Of a stretch of 64,000 bases of DNA, positions 54,179 to 64,000 are shown in pieces. The DNA is taken from NCBI GenBank assembly GCA_951406725.2, contig OX597817.1, positions 64,232,001 through 64,296,000 on the forward strand, read 5' to 3'. The notes below the pieces were generated by a model. The model saw nothing but the letters and a program-made list of their open reading frames with translations. It was not told where the DNA came from and searched no databases. The position numbers and the translations under genes are program-made. The DNA comes from Octopus vulgaris. Its lineage: Eukaryota. How positions within the stretch are numbered: the stretch's first letter is position 1; the number at the start of each line of letters is the position of its first letter.

Positions 54179-55439
54179 TACACACACACATACATACTAC
54201 GCATACGCATACACACACATATATAAATAGGTAGGTCGGTCGGTCGGTAAGTAGGTAGGTATATATGTATATATGTGCGTATACATGTAGGTATGTAGAC
54301 ATACATACGTACAGGGATGCATATACAGTACATAGGTATATAAATATTTACATATATATATATATATATATATATACATACACATACGCGCACATTCATA
54401 TATACATATATACATACAAATGCGCATCCCCACAATATACATGAAAGTCGCTCTTACAGCTTAATACAAAACAAGTTCTGTACAAATGATCTAAAAGCTT
54501 CCCTATCTCCTACCAAAGTCCCCACAAAAATTTTTTTAAGTCCCCAAACCAACAAACACACACACCAATTTCTATGCGAGCAAGTTGGAAGACCCTTTTC
54601 TTTTTTAATATTTCTTCTTCCGTTTCTTGTTTTAGATTAAATTTTTTTTATCTTTTTAAAATATGAATTAAATTTATTTTTATATTCATTTTTATACATT
54701 AATATACACACACTTTTAATAATGCCCAACTTTCGCATATATCCAGAAGCCTAAAAAGATATATTATTTAACACCCACGATTGGAACAGAATTGAAGAAA
54801 TATGAACACGTAACCCATTTCATAAGATACAAGAGTTAAAATTTCTACATAGATATCAAATTGCTGATAGAACAATGTATACCTACAGAACACATTGAGA
54901 GAAACATACAGACCAACAAGCAATTCACCTGCCCACATCCTTTTTTGAACATCAAAGCACAAAATAACAAAACCATATCATGCTTGACTAATAACTCCAT
55001 CATCCAAATATAAACAGGAAATATCCTGAATAACAACAACAACAAGTAAAGAAACTAACCTGCTAAAACATACCACCTACTTATATTCTTTCATGAATCC
55101 CTAAATATTTCTATTAAAAACAGTTGACATGCACAATTGATAAGTTAAAAAAGAACTGGACTTTGTCCCTTACTTTTGAATTGTCAAAGCAAAAGATTAA
55201 ATCTCATAAACCCAGAAATAAAAAAAACAACAACCAAAACTACTGACATATCCTTTACCTACCTACCAAATGGAACTCATCTAAAAATTTGTACTTCCAT
55301 ACAAACTTTTAAAAAAATTGCACACTTCTTTACAAATTTAAAAAAAAAAAAAATTTAATCAGTAAAAATTTCTCCAAAACACCTCTCCATAACAACCCAC
55401 CCTAAAACCTAATTACTATTCCACTCAAATCCATACACC

Positions 55440-57280
55440 CAGGGCCATCACTAAGCTCTTGCAACCACTGCGGTCGTAGGGGGCCTCCGCAGTCGAGGAG
55501 CCCCATGTTAAGATCAAAATACGTAGATGAGTCATCTATTTACTTTGGTTAAGGTGTTGAACAAGAATTAAACTATGTTAACTGAAAATTTCAAGAAATA
55601 TTGGGTTAGCAACTAGGTTCCCGCCGTTTTTTTAAATTAAAATTTTTTCAAAGGTTTAATAAAGAAATAGCAACTAATTAATCAATAATGTATTCACCCT
55701 TGTTGTTTACAACTTCCCGACGTTCAACAAGATTTTCAATTCCTCGTTGGTAGAAATCATCCGATTTCGATTCGAAAAATTGATCCAACCAACCTCTCAA
55801 TTCTGCATCAGTATTGAACGAAACTCCGCGCATAGCATTTGAAAGAGATCGAAAGAGGTGGAAATCCGTTGGTGCCAAATCAGGAGAGTACGGTGGGTGT
55901 GGCAGCACTTCCCAGACATGCGTTTGAATGGATTCCTTGTTCATATTGGCGATATGCGGGCGGGCGTTGTCGTGCAGCAGAACTCCATGTTACCAATTAG
56001 GTCTTTTCTCTTGAATAGTCGTGTTGAGTCGTTCCATCTATTGAACATAGAGTTCTGCATTGACCACTTGGTTCCGTTTAAGCAATTCGTAATGGATAAT
56101 CCCTTCCCAGTCTCACTATACGCACAACGTCGTTTTATGCGGATGAAGATCTTGTTTCACGCGCGGTGTTGCTTGTTTACCGGGGCTAAGCCATTCCCTA
56201 CGTTGCTTCATATTGATGTACAGGTACCATTTTTCGTCGCCAGTAACGATTCGGTAAAGAAATCGTTGCTTGTGTCCATGAGTTGAGCTGTGACGAGCAA
56301 GCAAACCAGCGGAGATTGTGGCTCTTCGATTTTTGTTGTTGTCACTTAAAGCATGTTGAATCCATGCTCCATACTTCTGAGCCTTTCCCATCGAGTGAAG
56401 ATGCTTCTCTATAGCAGTGTGGGAGCATTCCATTTTCTCTGCCAGTTCCCTTGTCGTTTGAGGAGTATTTTCGTGCAAAAGTTGGTTTAATCGCTCTTCA
56501 TCGAAATCAACTGGACGGCCAGAACGAGGTGCGTCTTTGAGGTCAAAATTTCCATTTTTGAACTTGGCATACCAATCACGAGCGGTTCTTTCAGCTATGG
56601 CACCCGCTCCATACACAGCACAAATGTCACGAGCAGCTTTTGCGGCCTTAAAACCTTGATTAAAAGCAAAAAGGAGGTGTCGAAAATGTTCGTTTTTCTT
56701 AACTTGACATTCCATTTTAATGATCTGAAAATAAACTAAAATTTACTAGAAAAAATAGATTCTAAAATGATTCAAAAATAGAATTCTCGAAAAAAATAGA
56801 TTGCAAAATTTAAAAACGTAATAAATTCCAAAATTTTAAAAAGCGGCGGGAACTTAGTTGCCAATCCAATGAAATGGTAATACACTGTACCTACAAAAGA
56901 CTTGCAAAAAAATATCACATTGTACCACGAACGTGTACCAGATTTTGTGGCTTGTCTATGATATCAATTGAACACGAACTTAGCTCTCAGCTTGATTATT
57001 CTGAACTGATCGATGTCTTCGACAGTTGCCTGGATTATAAAAGTGCTCTTTTATTCATATCTGGAAGTTTTACTTATCGAAATTTGTAATAGACCTAAAT
57101 GAATTTAACTTCTACTTTTAAAGATGTTCGTTAGGACAACGTGAAATACTGAACTTCAAATGGAATAAAGTAAAATATAGCTATGAATAAAAGGTGCATA
57201 GATTATGAATTTTGATTGAAGGGATGGGGCCTCGAAAAAAAAAGGGGCCGGGGACCTCTAAAAGTCATGCGACGAAGCTG
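55440..57280 (+). mobile_element. Non-autonomous hAT element with a dimerisation-domain remnant; hosts a mariner
   Basis: Perfect 8-bp TSD catacacc (55432-55439, 57281-57288); CAG...CTG termini; RFCGLSMISIEHELSSQLDYSELIDVF at ~56940-57020. Confidence 0.85.
55601..56869 (-). mobile_element. Full-length mariner (DD34D); transposase 55678-56715 with in-frame stops
   Basis: TIR ttgggttagcaactaggttcccgccg / cggcgggaacttagttgccaatccaa; TGDEKW, HDNARPH and YSPDLAPTD, with 34 residues between the 2nd and 3rd Asp. Confidence 0.95.
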
Positions 57281-57971
57281 CATACACCTAAGGAAAATTT
57301 TAACTCAACAAAGATTATTAAAAGCCAAGATTAACTTAAATGCATCGCAGCCAACAATAATTCTTGTTCAAGAATATGGTTTGCTACAACAGTAAAGAGT
57401 AACCGATCAGATTAATGTAAAATTGCCTTTATTATAGATGAACACAAGCATAAACATTAACAAATATACATCTCTCTCTTTCTACGTACATATGCACATA
57501 TAAATACACATGCATACATATATTTATATTTATGTATATAGAGGCATATATACTCAGGTGTATATACACATGCACACAAATATATACACATGCATATTTA
57601 AGTATATATGTGTATACGCATCAACACGCAAAGGCAAAAATGTGTGGGGGTTGGCTATACGCGTTCGTTTACGCGTGTAGAGATGTATTAGAACAGCCTA
57701 GTGCCGTTGGGTGTGTTCCAGTTAGAACAAAATATGGAAAAACAGAGAGAAAAATAAAGGAAATATTTTCAGGTAGATAAAAGAGAGGAAGACACGTAGA
57801 AGTGGTAAGAAGTTGGGTAAGGGGATTGTGTTGGAGTTGAGGGTGGGGCAAAGAAATATGACTACTTGCTGACATGTATACACGCATACATACATGTAAA
57901 TATGTGTGTGTGTGTGCTTGTGTGTGTGTATGTGTCTGTGCGTGTGTGTGTATGTATGTGTATATATATGC

Positions 57972-58006
<35 letters not shown>

Positions 58007-58082
58007 TACATATACCTATAGATACACACACACATATACGTGTGTGTGTATACAAACATGTAATAATTAAGCACGCTCAGAC

Positions 58083-58113
<31 letters not shown>

Positions 58114-58115
58114 TG

Positions 58116-58165
<50 letters not shown>

Positions 58166-58379
58166 TACATACATATACACATTCAAACACATACAATTGC
58201 ATACACACATACATAAGACAGATGAGTAGTCGACAGACAGACTAACAGATGAGGTTGCATCTTATTTTCATTTTTTTCTTAAATATTCTTATCTATGGCA
58301 TCTGCCAGAAGTTTTGGTTTACTCACAAATAGAATGTAAATAAAATTTCGTAAAGTTTGAAGAAGTAAACCATGATTGT

Positions 58380-58381
58380 TT

Positions 58382-58424
<43 letters not shown>

Positions 58425-58590
58425 GGGTGGTGGCGGCAGTGATGGTATTGAGGGTGGTGGTAGTAATAGTGGTGATGGTGATAGTAGTGGTGGTGGTGGT
58501 AGTAGTAATAGTGGTGATGGTGATAGTAGTGGTGGTGGTGGTGGTGGTAATAGTGGTGATGATGATAGTAGTGGTGGCGGTGGTGGTTTG
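58380..58590. repeat. (GTA)n/(GGT)n tract with a ~36-39-bp higher-order unit
   Basis: ggtggtggtagtaatagtggtgatggtgatagtagt repeated about three times. Confidence 0.85.
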
Positions 58591-58764
58591 ATGGTACTGC
58601 TGATTGTAGTGATGATAGTTATGAGTAGGTGACGAAGATAGTTGTCTTGGTTATGACATTGCTGGTAAGACTAAGCCGTGGTGGTTGTGATTGTGAACAT
58701 GATAGTATAGACAACATTTATGGCTTATTAATGGTGGTCTCAGAGGTATTGTTAAAAAGCAGCA

Positions 58765-58800
<36 letters not shown>

Positions 58801-58924
58801 TTATGTGTGTGTGTATATGCATATATACATATATATGTATGAAATATATATGTGTGTGTGTGTGTATATCTATAGACATATACATTCTCCTCACACACAC
58901 ATAGACACAGATATATATATATAT

Positions 58925-59038
58925 ATCAGCCGAAATTGCGAGGATGATCCGGTTCTTGACTGAAGATTAGAGGCTTCGAATGACCCGTCCGTTTTTTGTG
59001 TCGTCTATTTGAGTGTTTTGCGTTCTTGTCTCATTTTG

Positions 59039-59045
<7 letters not shown>
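58925..59045 (+). mobile_element. Short repeat in (TA)n, also at 8220-8310 (probable Penelope terminal fragment)
   Basis: ctgaaga...aggcttcgaatgacccgtccgt...ttttgcgttcttgtc shared by both copies. Confidence 0.6.
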
Positions 59046-59070
<25 letters not shown>

Positions 59071-59126
59071 AGCAATTAAGGGTTTAGCAACGAATTGCCT
59101 TACCGCACATATTGCCTTACCGCACC

Positions 59127-59180
<54 letters not shown>

Positions 59181-59318
59181 GACAGACAGACAGGTAGATA
59201 GATAGATGAGCACGAACATGAGCGGTATAATCTTCGCTCATCTGAGAGAGATAATTAACTTTTGAGAACGCACAACGACTCATTAGGTAGTCGGTGTCAT
59301 ATATACATATAAATATAT

Positions 59319-60587
59319 ATGGGTCATCCCATAAATAATGCGGTTATCCAAAGTTTATTTATTTTCCAAAGTTAAGATAAACAAAGTTCTTTTTAAAGCT
59401 AAAATATACTCTCCTTCATTTTCTACAATGAGCTTCCATCTCTCTGGTAGACTAACAAGGCCCTTCTTCCAAAATTCACTTGTCCATGACGAAAAATACT
59501 CCTCCAGTACTGCTCTGACCTCGTCTACAGAATTCATATTTTTCTGTTCAAGTCATTTTGAAGACTGCAGAATAAAAGGTAATCAGATGGGGCAATGTCC
59601 AGCAAATATGGTGGATGGGACATCGTTTCCCATTTAAACTGCTCCAGCCTTTCGAATGTCATCCTCGCTGTATGTGGCCGAGCATTATCCTGACGGAAGA
59701 ACGCTTTTCATTTTGAAACCAAAGATGATCGTTTTTCTTCTAGCGCTGACTTAAGCTGCTCGCAGTAGATTTCTTTTGTTTATCGTTTGGTTTGGGCTTA
59801 GAAGTTCAAGGCAGACTAAAACTGTCATATTCAACCAAACAGATAACAACACCTTACGTGGGTGAAGACCTTCTTTTGCCTGGGGTACCAGTGTTTCTGT
59901 TTCTTCTTTCCCTATCCACTGTCTTCAGCGCCTGACATTTTTATAGAGAACCCATTTATCGTTACCAGTCACTATTCGGTCCATAAAAAGGTTCATTCGT
60001 GAGACGTGACAGCAAAGAAGAGCACATATTCCCTCTGCGCGCGATTAGACTCGGAAAGTTTGTGAAGAACCCATTGATTCAATTTGTTGACTTTTCAGAT
60101 GGCACGCAGGTGTCGATGAATGGTTGAATTAATAAATCCAAGCTTGTCTGATAGTTCCACAACAGTTACGAAGGGATTTTGTTCCGCCAGGGTTTGCAGG
60201 ATGCCCTCGTCGAGCTCTACAGATCTCCCAGGACGAGGTTTGTCTTCTAGGCTGTAGTTTCTGGCTCGGAATTTCTGGAACCACCGTTGACACTGACTTA
60301 TGCTTATTTATTGTCCGATCCCCATATATACTGCACTTTCCGTTGCGTTGTTACCTATATTTAGCTCATAAAGCGAAATATGCCGAATATGCTCCTTTGT
60401 TACTTCCATTATAGCTTTGAAAAAATTTCTTTTAAAATCGAACTGCACTCTTCAAAACTTGCACTGAGAATAAGACAAGATAAAATTAATACCTGCTTTT
60501 ATAGCAAGTTGATGCAGGTAGTTTATCCTGTCCTCCTCCGACTTTTAGTTCATGTAATTGAAAAAACCGCATTATTTATGGGATGAC

Positions 60588-60591
<4 letters not shown>
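59319..60591 (-). mobile_element. Full-length degraded mariner in a TA tract
   Basis: TIR tgggtcatcccataaataatgcggtt / aaccgcattatttatgggatgaccca; MEVTKEHIRH start, VTGNDKW, QDNARPH and FWKKGLVSLPERW motifs. Confidence 0.95.
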
Positions 60592-60682
<91 letters not shown>

Positions 60683-61289
60683 AGGTATGTAAGTAGGTAG
60701 GTAGATAGACAGATGAATGTGTATGAACATGAGCAGTATTATCTTCGCTCATCTGAGAGTAATGATTAACCTCCGAGAATGCACAACGACTCATTAGGTA
60801 GTCGGTGTCGTGAGTATATTGTCTATGTGAATTAAATCAATGGGAGGAAATACACCACCTAGAAAGTATTGAATATTTTTTTTTCAAGTTGCCCCACGTC
60901 TCGACGATTATTTACCTATTCAGTCGTTGTTGAACTAAAGACAGTTGCTTCTTTTATTCACACAATATATCACAAGTGGTCGGTATATAAATTGAACACT
61001 AACAGGCAAAGTTACAAAGTATATATCATCAGGAAATAATCGTCTTCGAAAGGTTGTGAAATCCATTCAGAGTACTCGACTAAGGGAAGAATGAAGTAAG
61101 CGGGAATGTTTAAATAAATATATGCCAGGAGATATATAACAAGCAGGCGCATATAAACCTAGCCGGTTCATCCAAGCGAGATATTTAATTACTGAGAGTG
61201 GGTGGTTTTGCTTTATGCAGACACAGGCACATGCTCATCGTGCACATACTGCACACAACTATATTATAATTATATATATATATATATAC

Positions 61290-61453
61290 ACGACGGGTTT
61301 CTTTCAGTTTCCATCTATCAAATCGACTTATAAGGCTTTGGTCGGTCCGATGTTATAGTAGAGGACAATTACCAGAGGGGCCACACAGTGGGACTGAACT
61401 CGGAACCATGTGGTTCGGAAACAAGCTTCTTATCACATAGCCATCTCTGTGCC
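61290..61453 (-). mobile_element. SINE family B 5' half
   Basis: cagtgggactgaactcggaaccatgtgg plus tttcagtttccatctatc. Confidence 0.8.
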
Positions 61454-61473
61454 TATATATATACATACATACA

Positions 61474-61507
<34 letters not shown>

Positions 61508-61528
61508 CACACACACATATATATTTAT

Positions 61529-61597
<69 letters not shown>

Positions 61598-61599
61598 AA

Positions 61600-61880
61600 T
61601 AAGCAACATGATATCAAGTGGTGATGCAGTACGACCGTTTCAAGCGACTCCATTTAATTGAACAATGTGATCATTACATCAATTTAAATGCAGGGCTATC
61701 CTTAGGTGCATAAATAAATAGAATTTTTTAATCAGATGGACACATTAATATAATTTTACTCAAATTCTCTAATAGAGCAAGCAGAGGGAAAAAAGTCCAT
61801 GTTGCTACTAATGTAGTTAAGAATATACCGGATCCGCTTGAAACAGTCGTACTGCACCACCTTTTGATATCCGGTTACTT
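61600..61880. mobile_element. Penelope-like terminal fragment with inverted ends and a decayed hammerhead (61625-61712, minus)
   Basis: Imperfect inverted arms 61600-61650 and 61830-61880; minus strand gcac-CTAAGGA-long stem II-GAAACGGTC-gtac. Confidence 0.6.
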
Positions 61881-62002
61881 TTTTGATTTTATTCACTTTA
61901 CTTTGAGATTATACGGATAATACCGCACTGACTTAGTGCTTCAACTTAAGTAATTAATTCAACTGAATCTCAATTATATATATATATATATATATATATA
62001 CA

Positions 62003-62376
62003 TGCGTATAATAGGGATAACCACTAAGTGGACATCCAATATGCTAGAAGAAGATCACCTACGATCTAACTACAAAGAAAAGAAAAGACAGATGAAAATA
62101 TACAAAATACAGAATTAATCGTAGACCTGTTTCGTCATCACCGATAATTGCTTACGTAATTCTCGTCCATGGACTCTTTAGTACGATCGTTCCAATTCAA
62201 TATAATTTGTAGAACTATACGCTAGTTGTCCTTATAAAATTAGACCTGTGTATAGTTCTACCGATTACATTGGGGTTATTTTCAAATGTCTAAGTTCTTT
62301 TCTTTGTAGTTAGATCGTAGGTGATCTTCTTCTAGCATATTGGATGTCCACTTAGTGGTTATCCCTATTATACGCA
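62003..62376. mobile_element. Element with perfect 82-bp inverted ends enclosing a hammerhead motif (62118-62187, minus)
   Basis: Arms 62003-62084 and 62295-62376 are exact reverse complements; atcgta-CTAAAGA-gtc...gac-GAAACAGGTC-tacgat. Confidence 0.75.
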
Positions 62377-62484
62377 TATATTACAATTTTTCTGAATTTT
62401 CAGATTTTTCTATATGCTAGGCTACTGGTTTTAAATTGATATTAATTAAATTGATATTCAATTTATCACCCTCATTATTTAAAA

Positions 62485-62540
<56 letters not shown>

Positions 62541-62564
62541 CATACAACATACATATATATATAC

Positions 62565-62595
<31 letters not shown>

Positions 62596-63502
62596 TGTAT
62601 GTATGTATGTCCTGTGATTTCCCTACCATCTTTAAAAGAGGACACAAAGAATAATGTAGTCCTAGTTATTTTGCCTGAAAATACGGGATGGTCATAGCTA
62701 GAACGCTTTCACCATAAGATTTTGTTTCATGAGAGCTGACCTTCATCTAAACACCAACAGCAGTAATATAAACAACACGTTTTTCGTTGTAGTTACTTCA
62801 ATTTTCTTAGTACTTTTTATTCATCAGAGTAGATCCCTAATCCATCTCAGAATACTTTGCTTGAACTTCTCTTCAGTTATGCCTATGTAGCCTTTGCATG
62901 TCAGGGCTGAAACGCTTTTCGGTTTAGCAGGACTGACCTTAGGCTATGAGACATCAGAAAACACATTAAAAAATCATCGACACAAGTCAAAAACGTTGGA
63001 TAATATAGTTCTATGTTTTAAAAAAGCACACATATATACAATAGCAACTGCCGAAATGGCGTTCTTCATTGAAGGAATATCAGCTAAGAAAACTCACAAC
63101 CCCCACCACCACCACCACCGTTACCATTGTTATTACCTCCAAAACCATTACCATTACGACCTACAACCAACATTATCACTTTCTCAACAAAGTCTTTAAA
63201 CTCTAAAACAACAATAACAAAAAAAAAGAATTGAAGCAATGAGGAGAATTTAGCTGCTATTTCTAGCAAGTTCCATGAGTCCCCTACTCTCTTTAAAAGA
63301 GAAGGACACAAAGGATAATGTAGTCCAGGGTATATTGTCTGAAAATATGGGATGGTTATTTTTGAATTCTTTCACCATAAGGTTTTGTTTAAGGAAAGCT
63401 AATCTTGTGCTAAACACCAGCAATTCATGAGAGATCCTTCGTCGGTTTCGATGGTGAGCATTCAGTTTTGTTTGATTAGCTAACCTGTCTACTTGACTTA
63501 AA

Positions 63503-63582
<80 letters not shown>

Positions 63583-63907
63583 ACCGAAGTAATCAGTCAT
63601 CAACAACAAAATCAGCGACATAAACAATCGATTAGAACTACCACCACAAAAATTTGTTCAGTCGCCACCATAACAACAACTACAACAATAACAATTAGTA
63701 AACACACCACTTAACTCTATGTAATCGACTGTAATCGCCAGTGTAAGGGAAACAAAACTGTAAAAGATGGCGGCTGTAAACAGAGATTATAGACCCAACA
63801 ATACCCAAGCTTTGTTAAACTGATGGGATGAATTCAACCGGAACGTATAAAAAATAATAGTATACAATCAATTGGATGAATGCACGTATGTGTGTCCGTG
63901 CGTATGG

Positions 63908-63943
<36 letters not shown>

Positions 63944-64000
63944 ATATGCGTTTATGTGCCCCGGCATGTGTGTGAGTTTATATATATTCTTTTGCTGGTT

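Noticed and set aside
54530-55430. A/C-rich stretch resembling a decayed LINE ORF1
   Set aside because: No recognisable protein motif; left unannotated.
56116-56715. SETMAR-like or active transposase gene
   Set aside because: No SET domain; in-frame stops; bounded by TIRs.

Overview
AT-rich, microsatellite-saturated metazoan genomic DNA, most likely an octopus or other coleoid cephalopod (inferred from the SINE and repeat repertoire, not verified). It looks intergenic or deep intronic. I can recognise no intact host gene, and most ORFs in the track are translated simple repeats. The window is a mosaic of mostly dead mobile elements: four tRNA-derived SINE families, mariner (DD34D) copies, hAT/Charlie elements with 8-bp TSDs, non-autonomous Helitrons, RTE, Tx1/L1-like and R4/Dong-type (RLE) LINEs, Ty3/gypsy fragments with LTRs, and Penelope-like remnants. 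The most notable signal is a set of minimal type-I hammerhead ribozyme (HHR) motifs. One sits in a repeated composite element: tRNA-like Pol III head + (TAA/CAA)n spacer + HHR-bearing Penelope-like tail. One copy of it has a Penelope-style inverted end, and another has an R4/Dong-type LINE inserted in its (TAA)n spacer. All calls are by eye, and coordinates of degraded elements are approximate.
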